A stretch of DNA of 63,660 nt, the filler included, from Octopus bimaculoides (lineage: Eukaryota): NCBI RefSeq assembly GCF_001194135.2. It is 7 parts of 7 records of this genome, joined end to end, with 100 filler letters (N's around TTAATTAATTAA, not from the genome) between each part and the next. Parts side by side here need not be neighbours in the genome. Positions count along the whole stretch, not along the records: positions 30,763 to 45,113 come from NC_068995.1; positions 45,214 to 63,660 come from NC_068981.1; 5 more parts are not named here. One strand, given 5' to 3'. Every line of letters starts with the position of its first letter. The first letter of the stretch is position 1. This document shows, one piece after another, positions 38,323 to 52,555 of the stretch. The notes beneath the pieces were generated by a model that was not told the DNA's origin, ran no database searches, and saw nothing but the letters and a program-made list of their open reading frames with translations. The position numbers and the translations under genes are program-made.

Positions 38323-39288
38323 TTGAAAGAGGGAGAGTGTGAATTCTTTTATTGTCAACTTACGTAGCTGGATATCAATGTTAAAAGCAGAAGCATTCTG
38401 AGAAAGTACGAAACTGTTGCTATTTCTTGGTAACATACGATACTTAAGTAAAAGCATTAGCTTAGCTTAGCTTGCGTATATAATTACAAATAGTGAATGA
38501 TTTAGCCTTTGTATATATTGAAAAATATATATACGTATTTACAGCTATTTCCGCTAAAATTTCTTCTGATAATCTCACATTTTATTATACAGTTTCCACT
38601 TTGGAAATCTGATGATGGAAGTCTCCAGCTGTTAGCTAGCAGAATTCTGTAGCTTCTTTCTTACGTATGATTGAAACGTCATCATATATCCTCTTTTGGT
38701 TGATAGGAAATAACACATATTTCTTTGACACGACAAAAGCTTACAAATTCACCTGACCTCACTTACCGGAGAGATTCGATTTTCCTGTTTTCTTTATTTC
38801 ATACAAAAACAGAATCAAAGCAAAACTCAGAGAACCTAAAGAAGATTTCGATCACATATCTATATCTATATCTCCACCGAAATCCAATTAAGCGATGTTG
38901 TTTAACTACAAACCAAAAGATATAGCGTTGAGCTAACACAAAATCAAATATCAACAATAAGCTTTTGTTTTTTTTTTCGTCTGAGCAAGCAAGACATCTC
39001 TGTTAACTTTAACTTATTTCCCTGTTCTTCAATAACCTAGATATCTTTCACAACAGACACCAATCAATATTTACAGATGTAAACCTAGATTTCTGCAAGT
39101 TTGGTGTTGAACCATAGAAATCGAAATTTGCCGGATTAGCGGATGAAGATGCTACAGCTTCACTTCAGTTTGTTCACATTCAAAAGAAAGGTATAAACGG
39201 TACAGCGTATAACTTTCCCGCCCAATTCTTAAGGCTATAATAATAACCTTTCGAAAAAACTACAAAAGTCAATATATTGAAGTCAAGG

Positions 39289-39482
39289 AAGGCGGCGAGC
39301 TGGCAGAAACGTTAGCACGCCAGGCGAAATGCTTAGCGTTCTGAGTTCAAATCCTGCCGAGGTCGACTGTGCCTTTCATCCTTTCGGGGTCGATAAATTA
39401 AGTACCAGTTGCGTACTGGGGTCGATCTAATCGACTGGTCCCCTCCCTAAAAATTTCAGGCCTTGTGTCTAGAGTAGAAAAG
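39289..39482 (+). mobile_element. Family A SINE, near full length
   Basis: aaggcggcgagctggcagaaacgttagc head to ...ctagagtagaaaag tail; approximately 17-bp TSD aatatattgaagtcaag (39271) / aatatattgttgtcaag (39483). Confidence 0.85.
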
Positions 39483-40654
39483 AATATATTGTTGTCAAGA
39501 TGATGCAGTTTCAATTTTCGTCTCAGATGAAATAACTATCACCACCACCACCCCCGTACATCCACCCTCGCGTACCTCCAGCCTTCCGTATCTCCGCCAC
39601 ACCCTACCACCACTACTCCCTACCACCACCACTCCCTACCACCACCACTGGTAGAATGTGTCATATAAAACATATTTTACTCTTAGCGTTGTTGAGAAAA
39701 GTTTATATTTTCGAATTAATTTTATTCCGCTGAATACACGTCTTGATTGGTTGAAATTACCGAAATACGACAACTTTAACACGAAATAACTTCGAAAATA
39801 GAAACTTGTTAGATGTTTTATATGACACATTCTACCAGTATACGAAGTTTCAAAGTTTCAAAGAAAATTAATTAATCGAGCTGCCCATGAAAAGGAAAAG
39901 ATCCATGGAAACGGCTAAAGATTACCAATTTGTTAATAATAAATAATTATATTAACTTTCAACTCAGCATTTTCTGTTTTTCATTTAACTGGATATGAAC
40001 TANNNNNNNNNNNNNNNNNNNNNNNNNNNNNNNNNNNNNNNNNNNNNNNNNNNNNNNNNNNNNNNNNNNNNNNNNNNNNNNNNNNNNNNNNNNNNNNNNN
40101 NNNNNNNNNNNNNNNNNNNNNNNNNNNNNNNNNNNNNNNNNNNNNNNNNNNNNNNNNNNNNNNNNNNNNNNNNNNNNNNNNNNNNNNNNNNNNNNNNNNN
40201 NNNNNNNNNNNNNNNNNNNNNNNNNNNNNNNNNNNNNNNNNNNNNNNNNNNNNNNNNNNNNNNNNNNNNNNNNNNNNNNNNNNNNNNNNNNNNNNNNNNN
40301 NNNNNNNNNNNNNNNNNNNNNNNNNNNNNNNNNNNNNNNNNNNNNNNNNNNNNNNNNNNNNNNNNNNNNNNNNNNNNNNNNNNNNNNNNNNNNNNNNNNN
40401 NNNNNNNNNNNNNNNNNNNNNNNNNNNNNNNNNNNNNNNNNNNNNNNNNNNNNNNNNNNNNNNNNNNNNNNNNNNNNNNNNNNNNNNNNNNNNNNNNNNN
40501 NNNNNNNNNNNNNNNNNNNNNNNNNNNNNNNNNNNNNNNNNNNNNNNNNNNNNNNNNNNNNNNNNNNNNNNNNNNNNNNNNNNNNNNNNNNNNNNNNNNN
40601 NNNNNNNNNNNNNNNNNNNNNNNNNNNNNNNNNNNNNNNNNNNNNNNNNNNNNN

Positions 40655-40687
<33 letters not shown>

Positions 40688-40989
40688 CTGTGTGTGTGTT
40701 CTCCCTGTCTGTGTTTGTACCTCACTACCGGTTGAAAACCGATGTTGATGTCTTTACGTCCCCGTAGCTTAACGTTTCGTTCAAAAAAAGCCGATAGAGT
40801 AAGTACAAGACTTTTTTAGAAATAGTAAATACTGAGGTCGATTCATTCGCCTAAAGTTTCTTCAACGCTCTACTCCAGCATGGCCGCAGTCCAGTGACTG
40901 AAACCAGTAAAAAAAGAAAGAAAAAATAAAAGATCGTCACATCACACACTCGTACTTTTACCAAATTTCTTCGGTCTCCAATTTCTGTT

Positions 40990-41300
40990 GAATATTTAAG
41001 ATTAAATTCATTCTAATGGCGTCTCTAGATACAACTTTTCTTTCCCCTGCAAGGAAATTCTTCCTAAACTAATTTTAAAATCTACTTCTTTTCACTAAAT
41101 TCTACTTTCGTGTATTATTCTTTATCTCTTGGAATCAAAAACTTTTCTTGGTCCTTTTCCAATTATTTTTCTTGGAACCGACCATTTTACCTTATAGTTA
41201 TCTAGATGGACCATTCCCTTTCGGCCAAAGCCAGTATACTTCTGAATCATCACCAATTTCTCTGATATCTTCTATCTTGGTGGTTTTTCTACAATATTTT
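40990..41300 (-). mobile_element. Highly decayed LINE (RTE-like) C-terminal remnant
   Basis: Minus frame ...LDNYKVKWSVPRKIIGKGPRK weakly resembles the RTE W.PR..KR..GRP motif. Confidence 0.35.
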
Positions 41301-42161
41301 CTGTAAATTTTGAAGTAGCCCTGAAGCTATGACCTTCATTGACAGATAAACGTATTGTCCCCTTTTTTAAAGTTCAAAATGTTTAACATTTCATTATTTG
41401 TGTGTGAAATATAAATACTAAAACAAATACGCAAAAAATAGTAGCGATTCCATCAATCTGTTGCCGTTAGGAAAGGAACAACTAACAATTCAGTGTAACC
41501 ATTTGCAATTTAGGCGTGATGCCAGTAGTGGTGACGGAAGGACATCGACGATTAGATCAACCCCAACACTTGACTGGTATGTTATTTTAGCAACCTCGAA
41601 AGAATGAAAGACAAAGTTGACCTCGGTGGGATTTTTATGGATATAGGCAGTTTCTTTGTTTTAAATTCAATAGAGGTAGTGCTTACCTGTCTTAAGATCT
41701 AAGTTGTCTTTCCTTAGATACGTACTCACAATTATAAATAAGCAAATCGCTTTGAAGTTCTAGAACTGTCCATAGTGCGGCCTTTTATATAATGTGAAAC
41801 TGCTATTCCATCATCTCTGTGCATGCCATAACTATAGGGAAAGTGCAGTTAATAACTGTAAACGATAAACAAACCTATAAGATCAATCACCTCCTCATCA
41901 TCAATATAGTAAAAGCATAATATAATTGTTATAGTGATAACACTATTTATTACAAGTATACTTCTTGAGAAATGCATCCACACCACACACACACATACAT
42001 GTATAAATATACTGTCTATATAAGTGTGTGTGTATATATATACATATGCATATACATATGTGCGTATATATATACATATACGTACACATGTGTATATATA
42101 TACACACACACATATATATACGTACATATATATATACACATTTCTTCAGATATAGACAGAC

Positions 42162-42245
<84 letters not shown>

Positions 42246-42989
42246 GGTATTAATGACAGTGTAGAAATCTGTACATTTGGTAGAATTGTGGTTCCTAATT
42301 TCCAGGCAATAGAAAGTAACACTGGGAGTGGAATATATAATATCTGGAAACGGTATTGTCTTTGATAGAGCTGCATCAAATCAATACCAAACGCGCATGT
42401 TTATGTGTGTGAACGTGTATGTATGTCAAAATTATTATATGCCACTGAGCGCAGTTTCTTATGTGTATGTTAAAATAAAGGAGGTGTTTAATGAAAACTA
42501 ACAATGAAACTATGTTACGAAATGAAAGGAAAACGTGTAAAGCTTGAATATTTTGGAATTTAAGCTTGAATTTAGATAATTATTAGGTAACAGGAATATG
42601 TGAATTGATATAGGAGTAAAAGGGAAAACGTTACAATTTTAAATATTATGTACAAAATACATTATACTTCATAAAGTGTACAAAGAGATTCTTAAAATAA
42701 TAAAATTTTGCCTATCAAAATATCAAAATATAACATTATCTTTTATAACGTTACGTAATGTTATGAAAGAGTGTGTGTATGTGTGCGTTTGTGTGTGTAT
42801 ATGTGTGCGTATGTTTATGTGTGTTTGTATTTGAGTTTGTTTGTGTGTATATGTGTGTGTATGTTGTTATGTGCGTTTGTATTTGTGTGTGTGCGTGTAT
42901 TTGATAACTTCATGTTCCTTTGAGCTGTCCCCTCTCTGTTAAAACGATGGTGAAAACCTCGTTAAACATAGCGTGGTGAATTGGTAGTA

Positions 42990-43745
42990 TCCTTAGAGAA
43001 TTGTTAGAAATAACCATAGAGAATTTGTCCCGACCCTATACGCTCTGAGTTCAAATCCCGCCGTCGCCAACGTTACGTTTCTTCGTTTCGAGGTTGAGGA
43101 AATAGAGTACCGGTCAAATAACGGGGTCGGTATAACTGACTGGCCCACTCTCCGCAAAATTGCTGGCCTTGTGTTAAAATTAGAAAGAACTCTTATTATT
43201 TTCGTATAGGTGAACACGAATCAGTGACAATCAATATCAAGATACGTAAATTTATTTTCAACACACTCTTGCAATCATTATTATTATTGTTTTACGTTCC
43301 GAGTTCAAATACCGCCAAGGTGGACTTGGCCTTTCGTCCTTTCAGGTTGATAGATTAAGTACCAGTTGCGTACTGTGGATCGATCTAATCGACTGGCTTC
43401 CTCCCCCAAAATTTCGGGCCTTGTGCTTAGAGTAGAAAAGAATATTGTTTTACGTTAAGACGATGGACTGTTACTCAATGGGCGTCTCGTGGAGTGAGTT
43501 CAAATATCGTTTTTATTTGTTAACACGTTTTATCATTATATATACAATATATATAACGAGCTGGTAGAATCGTTAGCACACTGGGAAAAATGCTAAGTGG
43601 CATTTCGTCCGTCTTTACGTTCTGAGTTCAAATTCCGCCGAGGTTGGCTTTGCCTGTCATCCTTCCGGTGTCGATGAAATAAGTACCAACTGAGCACTTC
43701 GTTCCCCTCCCCCAAGAATTTCAGGCCTTTCTGTAGAAAGGATTA
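42990..43745 (+). mobile_element. Cluster of three family A SINE copies or fragments
   Basis: Repeated ttctgagttcaaat..cgcc..aggt.gact..gcctt.c.tcctt..aagtaccag..tcgac..cccc..aaattt..ggccttgtg..tagaaa.ga.ta segments. Confidence 0.7.
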
Positions 43746-44810
43746 TTATATATATACAATATATGTTTATTTGTGCGAAAATTTCCCTTCTGTTTTAATG
43801 ACATATAAAATTTATTGATAGTGTGTATGTATTAGGAAGGAATTTCAACCATGTTTCGTGGTCTGCTACCACAACAGCTCCTTTATAGGATCCAGTTAGC
43901 TCAAGACATCATCAGGAGGAACCACGTCCGGTTTCGGCCCCTATTCCTCTACCGTTTTGATACTGAATATTTTGCCATCGCTATTTTGAGTTTCTGGGAC
44001 TGCTTTTCGACACGACTCAATTTTTTATTTATATCTCAAGTTCACATAAATGAAAGTTAATTAACCCAAACCATACTTGTCGCTTGTAAATCTGGGCTTC
44101 GACGCCACAAAATTAAACCTTGAACATTTGATTTAAATTTTCAGATGATTGAGAATAAATGAAATAAAAGTAATATGGCAATCAGCTACTACATCATTAG
44201 TGACTAGTATTCATTATTCATACTTCTCTAATTAATTTACTCTTTATTTATCTTTCGCAATATTTCCTAATATAAGTACCATCTTTCTTATTATTCAACG
44301 TGATATGAAGATAAATATATTGATCTTCACTTAGACTCTGATTTCTTTTCTATCTATGTTCAGTCAACCTTAGCCGTTCTATTTCACATTTACACTCCCC
44401 TCTAATAAACACTATGTTTCTCCATGAATCTTAATTTCTCCACGCCTTTATAAGCTAGATGCAGTTCTCTTTTTCTTTATCTATCATTTCCTTCGATTTA
44501 TCTCCTTTTGTATCGCATTACTTCCCCATTCTCTATGTCACATTCTCAATTTGCATATAATATGGTGGTCTCCTATCTCTTTGCTTAATATCTTTTCGAT
44601 ATCTTTTCTTGCAGAAATTTCTTTCAAAAATCTTGTAAAGCGTTAAATGCAAAATATATAAATTTAACTTTTAGAATGATAGTATTTACAATTTTCGCAT
44701 TGAACAAACATTCATTACTTGTGTAAACATATCGAAAGCAATAATGCGTACCTCGTATTAACAGCGATGAAGAAAGCCAAGTTTAAATTGAAATTATCAT
44801 TATGATTTTC

Positions 44811-44868
<58 letters not shown>

Positions 44869-44925
44869 GTGGTTGTTGTTGCTGTTGTTGTTATTATCAT
44901 TCTTATCATCATCATCATCGTCATA

Positions 44926-44982
<57 letters not shown>

Positions 44983-45624
44983 TTAACTAACAATAATACT
45001 AATAAGAATACTACTATAAAAATCTCTATAGCTTTGGAATAATTTTCCTTCCATTTATAAAAAGAAAATACACATAAATGCATGAGCAGACACATAACCC
45101 GCCCACGGTTATANNNNNNNNNNNNNNNNNNNNNNNNNNNNNNNNNNNNNNNNNNNNTTAATTAATTAANNNNNNNNNNNNNNNNNNNNNNNNNNNNNNN
45201 NNNNNNNNNNNNNCACAATTGTACAAGTTACGTCAGTTTTTGTTTTTAGGTAATTTGTATGAATTTAGAAAAAGTCGCATAGCTCATCAAAGAAAAGCTG
45301 TGTTTGAAAGCAAATTGGTACAAATAATCATGAGTAATTTTTCATCACGCCTATTCAATGAATCTACCGTTAGTATCAATGACTGCTTCATTACGAGGTC
45401 GGAAACGTTGACATGCTTGAATCAGATGATCCCTATGAATTTTGGACATAAATACTGATTATGGCAGACTTGAGAGACTGTATGGTGTTATGGAGGTGTT
45501 GATTGACCAATTTTGCATTGCACATTATAATTACATACAACAGTGTATAACAAAATACAATTTCGTCACTTTACTTTGCAGACTTTAAATCGTAATACCA
45601 GGTTATGACTTTCCTCATGAGTAT

Positions 45625-45789
45625 TGTTGTGTCGACGCCCCCAGGCGAAGAAGTAGGATCAGCCAAGACATATAAATAAAGGTAGTCTTGCCGTGGTAGG
45701 TGTGTTGAGTAGCAGTCGAGTAGCAGTTGCGTAGCGGTTGAGTAGAGATCATCCGAAGGTGCTAGATAGCAGTAGCTTGAGACATAACA
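45625..45789. mobile_element. Probable solo LTR (165 bp)
   Basis: Begins TGTTGTGTC and ends GACATAACA (inverted termini, 8/9). Flanked by AGTAT (45620-45624) and AGCAT (45790-45794), a 5-bp TSD with one mismatch. Internal TATAAATAAA. Confidence 0.6.
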
Positions 45790-46884
45790 AGCATCCAGCT
45801 AGTTTCATCGAATTGTGAAGTTTACCTTACATCATGAATCAGATCATTTATTAGACGCACATTTTTCTGGCTGAATCCATTATACGTAATTGATTATGTG
45901 AAAGCAAAATGACCATTGTTGGCATCTTATCTCAGAATGTGAATGGAGGCAAAGGATGACTTGCTATCCTTCTTTCCGAGTGGACAAATCTTTTGCCTTT
46001 TACAGTACCATCGAGGATTTTGGAATCAATGGTTTTACCATTTTTGCCAACGGGTTGAATGTTTTCTTTAGCTTGCAGTACCGGATCCAAATGTTCGCTA
46101 CATAAGTAAAAGAAGGGGCAGACTATTTAAGAATGTCGAAACATGAAGTTATATATAATAAAGGCACTGATGTAAAACTAGCCTAGAAAAGATGTAAATG
46201 ATAAATAAGAATATGATTAATAGCACTATGTATACTTGTGACGCATGGCTTAGTGATAGAGTGTGGTACACTCGATCACTAGATCGTGATTTCAATTCCT
46301 GGACCGGGTGGTGCGCAGTATTCTTGAGCAAAACGATTTATCTCACGTTGTTCTACGATCACTTCGACATCTGTCACGTAGTATACCGTGCACCTGTTCA
46401 GGCAACGTCGATTTAATGAAGGGAGCGAGCTAATGTGCAGCACGAACGTTTGATCACTGTAAACAAATCATTTGTACAGGTCGTTCAGCAAAAGCTGAAC
46501 ACACATAGGTCATCTTAGACAGGAGAGTCTATCATACCTGTGAGTATAGGATTTCTATATTTGGGAGTCAATTTTGCCTTTAATGCGGTCAATCGGCAGA
46601 ATTGGCAGAATTGGCAGAGCATCAGACTAGATGCTTTGAGTTGTGTTCCAGATCTTTACGTTTTGAATTTGAATGTGGCTAAGTTACCAATGGCCAGAGG
46701 TAATCAATCGACTATGAAAATATTCAGTCCAATCCGCAACTGACTTGTGTGGACAGGTCGGCCTATCATTAGTACAGATAAACCGACAACGTTCAGTAGT
46801 GAGTCCAAATCGACTGAAAGATAATAAAAAAGAAATACTGGAATAGTAGAAATAAAAAGGCTCTGTAGATGAACAATGGACTAA

Positions 46885-47050
46885 GGCGCAGGAGTGGCTG
46901 TGTGGTAAGTGGCTTGCTTACCAAGCACATGGTTCTGGGTTCATTCCCGCTGCGTGGCACATTGGACAGGTGTCTTCTACTGTAGCCTGCCTCGGGCTGA
47001 CCAAAGTCTTGTGAGTGGATTTAGTAGACGGAAACTGAGAGAAACCCGTC

Positions 47051-47104
<54 letters not shown>

Positions 47105-47320
47105 ATTTATGTTTGTGTGTCTGTGTTTGTCCCCCCCCAGCCTCACTTGACAACCGATGGTGGTGTGTTTACGTCCCCGTAACTTAGCGGTTCGGCAAAA
47201 GATACCGATAGAATAAGTACTAGGCTTCCAAAGAATAAGTCCTTGGGTCGATTTGTTCGACTAAAGGCGGTGCTCCAGCATGGCCGCAGTCAAATGACTG
47301 AAACAAGTAAAAGAGTAAAA
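46885..47320 (+). mobile_element. tRNA-derived SINE family B (GGCGCAGGAGTGGCTGTGTGGTAAG head), full length with internal TA/TG microsatellite
   Basis: tRNA-like head with GGTTCATTCCC B-box-like sequence, central gtggatttagtagacggaaactga, 3' ccagcatggccgcagtcaaatgactgaaacaagtaaaagag. Confidence 0.85.
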
Positions 47321-47672
47321 GAGAGAGAGAGAGAGAGTAACTCTTTATGGGTCCCGACTTTATATAAACTTGCAGGTGTTTCAATTTTCTTGGTTTTAAG
47401 AGAAGAAGCCTTTTTTTTCCTCACTTGATTTAGCAGGTGATTTTCTATATAGTTATTCGACCTGATAGAAATAACAGCTAAATAGTCATTAAATGGCATC
47501 ATAGTATCTTCAAAATGTGAGAACTAAGGATTTATCGGGAAAGAAGGTCACGCATGGAGTGTCTTGTATTAATGGACTACGCAATGCAGGCTGATTGGGG
47601 TTTGAACATCACAATCATCATCTTCATCGTCGTCATGATCATTATCATTATGATGATGATGATGATGATCAT

Positions 47673-47703
<31 letters not shown>

Positions 47704-47801
47704 AGTATAAACCAAAATCAACTACAAATCAACAACATTAATACTTTTAGTACTTTAGGATTTAATATATTCGAGTTATTGGCATCTTATTTAAAGGAAA
47801 A

Positions 47802-47872
<71 letters not shown>

Positions 47873-48627
47873 ATATCTTTCTATCTGTCCGTCTGTCTGT
47901 GTGTCTATCTATCTATGTATCTATCTTTCTATCTATAATCCATTTTGCACTTTGAAACTGGAACCTGGCAGGAAAGCTTGGCACTGGACCTTAAAAGCCA
48001 AGGAATAAAGCATGGTGCTTTGAAGATCTTTACCTCAAACAATAGCACATCTCTGAACACAATCGGATATTGAAACGATTGAAAAACAAATTGACAAAAA
48101 CATACAAAACGAACAAAGAAATAACACCCATTAAAAATATGCAAATATTAAAAAAACCCAAAGGGAATCTTGATAGTCCGGAACGTTTAAATTATAAATA
48201 TAATAGATTCTTTAAATCGATATCTTTTGAATTAAATGTTATTTTTATGTAGGATTCCATCTAACCTCCAACAATATCTTGAAATCTACCTAAGGCTAAG
48301 AAAAATATACATTTCATTGTTTAACTAATGTGAATACTGCAATACTTGCGTACAATTGTTTATAGAGATATTTCATTCAACTGTTTTGTCTTCATTTTTA
48401 AAGCAATTGCATACAATATTAAACTATATAGACTTTTGTAACGGGATGCCATTGTTGTGAACTGTAATTCTGTGGATTAAATATGCTGAACAATGAAATT
48501 AAACACATGCATCTTTTTGCCCACCTTACTCGCTATCTGTTTTCTTCTCTCTCGCTCTTTCTCTCTCTCTCTCCAGACATTTACATACATGCATACATAT
48601 TTACATATATATAATATATAAGATATA

Positions 48628-48669
<42 letters not shown>

Positions 48670-48772
48670 NNNNNNNNNNNNNNNNNNNNNNNNNNNNNNN
48701 NNNNNNNNNNNNNNNNNNNNNNNNNNNNNNNNNNNNNNNNNNNNNNNNNNNNNNNNNNNNNNNNNNNNNNNN

Positions 48773-48811
<39 letters not shown>

Positions 48812-49170
48812 TATTCCAAAAAGCCGCACTGCCATTTGGTAAATACATAAGGGACACTGTCACACGAGCGTATGTATGCGTGCATGCGTACATACATACA
48901 TACACACATACACTTGCATTTATATATATAATATCTTATTACGTTTAGGTTGATTAAGTGTTCAGTATTTCATTCGAGGTCTCTTGAAGCAAGCTGTTCT
49001 GACCTTATGGATAAACGTAGTTCAAAGCAACATGTAAGCAACGCACACACTTACAATATGAGAACTGTATATTCTTTTACTAAACTCACCTCTACCATCA
49101 CTGAGACAAAATGATCAAGGGAAAAGACATCACAGCACAGAGAGTAGTTTAGATTAGAACGTATTCTGTT

Positions 49171-49876
49171 ATTCTTTTATTCTTTTACTTGTTTCAGTCA
49201 TTTGACTGAGGACATGCTGGAGCACCGCCTTTAGCCGAGCAAATGGACCCCCAGGACTTATTCTTTGTAAGGCTAGAACTTATTCTATCGGTGTCTTTTG
49301 CCGAACCGCTAATGTACGGGGACGTAAACACACCAACCTCGGTTGTCAAGTGATGGTGAGGTGGGGGGAAAACACAGACACACAAACATATACGCACACA
49401 TACATATGTATATATATATATATATTTGTATATATATNNNNNNNNNNNNNNNNNNNNNNNNNNNNNNNNNNNNNNNNNNNNNNNNNNNNNNNNNNNNNNN
49501 NNNNNNNNNNNNNNNNNNNNNNNNNNNNNNNNNNNNNNNNNNNNNNNNNNNNNNNNNNNNNNNNNNNNNNNNNNNNNNNNNNNNNNNNNNNNNNNNNNNN
49601 NNNNNNNNNNNNNNNNNNNNNNNNNNNNNNNNNNNNNNNNNNNNNNNNNNNNNNNNNNNNNNNNNNNNNNNNNNNNNNNNNNNNNTATATATATATATAT
49701 ATGTATATATCTATAGCAGGCTTCTTTCAGTTTTCACCTACCAAATCCACTCACAAGGCTTTGATCGGCCCGAGGCTATAGTAGAAGACACTTGCCCAAG
49801 GTGCCACGTAGTGGGACTGAACCCAGAACCATGTAGTTGGTAAGCAAGCTACTTACTACACAGCCACTCCTGCGCC
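49171..49876 (-). mobile_element. SINE family B copy spanning an N gap
   Basis: Reverse complement of the family B 3' half before the gap and 5' half after it (ends cagccactcctgcgcc). Confidence 0.85.
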
Positions 49877-52555
49877 ATATTGTTTCGTGTTAACATTCTA
49901 AACTCCAGTAAGCCCTAGTATGAAATTGTCTACGAGTCATTAATACAAACATCAGTACACTTCAATCAGCCTGAAACCGCCCATCACTTCTTAAAATACG
50001 GATGCAGTCTCTATGTAGTCATCCGACTTGCTAGAAATAGCAGTTATCAGGCTTCCCTAAGTTTTACATATTCCCGAAAACAGGAGGGAGGTCTACGACT
50101 GCAATATCTTTGACCTTGGGCCTGCTTGATCAGAGATGACTTAGGGTTTTAAAGTCAAAAACAATACTGTAATACCTTATAGCAATTTATTTATATGAGT
50201 AAAACATAAATGATTAAACACAGAAATCGATTTAATGTCTGTAATGGTACTTTATTCCCACATCATATCGTTCACTAAGGCATCACTCGCCACAAGATTG
50301 TTTCTGCTGTTCAGGCTGTGTTCCACTCGAAATTCACTCCGCAAAGAGAAGAGTGCGTATGTGTAGAAACCACACCAATCTTGTACTCACTTCTCTTACT
50401 TAGAACACAAACAAGGGCTTCCTGTTACTCTGTCTCAAAGCCCACTCTTACTCATATTTCTAAATAAAACTGCTACCTTTACCAGCCTTCGAATCCTGTT
50501 AATTTCTAGCAACTACTTGTCTATCTCTCGTCCTGTTTCGAGTATTCTTATTTCAGATCACCCCATTCTGAAATTATTCGAAGGTATAAAAAGCGAAATG
50601 GGATTTGAACTTACAATGTGAAATATTATAACTAAAACAATACCTTTTATATGAAAGTTTAAAATTTCTGATTTCTATCATTCTTAATAACAATAACATA
50701 AGCACATGATTAAATATATTTGGGGAGAAAATATTCTGTAGAGATTACACAAGACTTTACTGGTATTTTCGTTACCAACCCAAGAGAGATGGAAGCAGAC
50801 TTAGTTTAAAATATATTTCAAATCAGGACACAATCGGAGAGGAATACGATAAAACATTTTTCTTGTGCTTCACCTTATGGCTTTCTCACACAAATTTGTT
50901 AACCTTGGATATTTGTATGTATATTTTCCAAGATGTACTCCTATTCAATTTGATGTAAGAAAGGAAAATGCTTAATATGCTTCTCAAATCACGAATAAAC
51001 GTTTAGAGGGTGATATTGTTGACGATTAAATCAGCCCAAATACTTAATTGGCTGTTGTTTTAGCCTTGAATATTGAAAGCAAAATTTGATTCCAGAGCAG
51101 AGAATCTAAACACAGTAAGGCCTTTCATCTGTCACTTTACCAATTCTTCCAGCTCCTGTCTTCTGAATTATAATAATAATTAGGATAACTGAAACATTAG
51201 AATTAAACTAGGACCACTCATATACATAATTAGGGGTAGATGAAACAGCTGATACAATACAGAAAAATGAAGGAAAACATTAGGAAAGAGCGTTAATCTT
51301 TAAAAAAAGAGAGCTTTAACTTTAAAAACTGAACTCATTCATAGCAATAAGATCGTAAGTTTAAATAATTAGCCCAATTAAAAGCTACTTCAAAATAAAG
51401 TAAGTGGAAGTTAAATGAATTACAGAGCTTAGAGTGGAAACTTGAAAGTGAAACTCACAATTGTAAAGCTGATAGGAAAAGGCGACGTCCATGATCATTT
51501 CAGGGTCATATGACAATGACCTAACTAAGGTAATCTAAGATGTACCTGTTACAACTCTTAAAGAGGTCAATGAAAACACTAGATGTCACAATAAAAGTTG
51601 AGAAGGAGAATCTTTGTCTGGTGCTTAGACGACTGAATCTTTGTACTGCAAACAACGTACAGAAGGAAGTCGCAAGATGTTGGAGTAGAAAGACAATGAA
51701 AATGAAACAAGCAGGATGAAGGTAAAAAGAAAACATTAATAACAAGACTGATAATTATGATAAAGGACACGAACAGAAGCAGACATACAAATGATAGCAG
51801 TGCCGACAAACTTATATAAAATCAAAAATAGCCTATCGAAGGCTGTCCACTTTAAACTTAATACATGCAACTTGTATTCTACAAAATTGCTAATTGACAT
51901 TATAACACAATCGACAATTAACATACCTAACGTTTTGTATAAATAAAATACCATGACCTTCACAACATATATCTACATAATGTGGAGTATTTTCTGAAAA
52001 ATAAATACATCACACAATATCAGGATCTGTTACACTAATTATCACAAGAAAATGACAATGGAGAAAATACCATGGAGCTTAATAATATATATCGAGCACA
52101 GATTAGCACATAAAAATCAAGATATCATTTTCTAATGTGCTAATAACAGAATAGAAATGTAAAATTATTTTTATGATGTGTTGAAAAGCGGTTGATTTAA
52201 AAATATTATTGTAATGAAGTGTTATGCCTTTATTCAAGTTGAAATTATTGAAATTGGAATGACACATGGACACGATGTTTGTGAAGACATCAACGGATTA
52301 ACTACAAAAGTAACATAGAAACCTTCCAGAAAGGATAACAATATTACTAACAGTTTTTTCGAAATGTTTTCTTGTCGTTGCACGAAGTCATGGACACCCT
52401 CTCGCCAGGATAAGATAGTTATAAAAGAAGACGGCTGCCCTAGTACATAGCTAGTACGCATTTCAGCTGAGTAAACTGGAATAACGGGAAATGACACTAT
52501 GTGCCACCAAGTACGGAATTGAACTGACGAGCTTATGATCCCAAACCGATAGACC

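Noticed and set aside
37778-38457. Repetitive ORFs (AARRE.SQT / PSGC.PVWL) over the minisatellite
   Set aside because: They arise from a stop-free 16-bp unit read through shifting frames; there is no gene context.
38609-38680. CTGATGA...GAAACGTC hammerhead-like pair
   Set aside because: Stem II cannot close onto GAAA (no G-C pair, about 55 nt unpaired) and stem I is only 2 bp.
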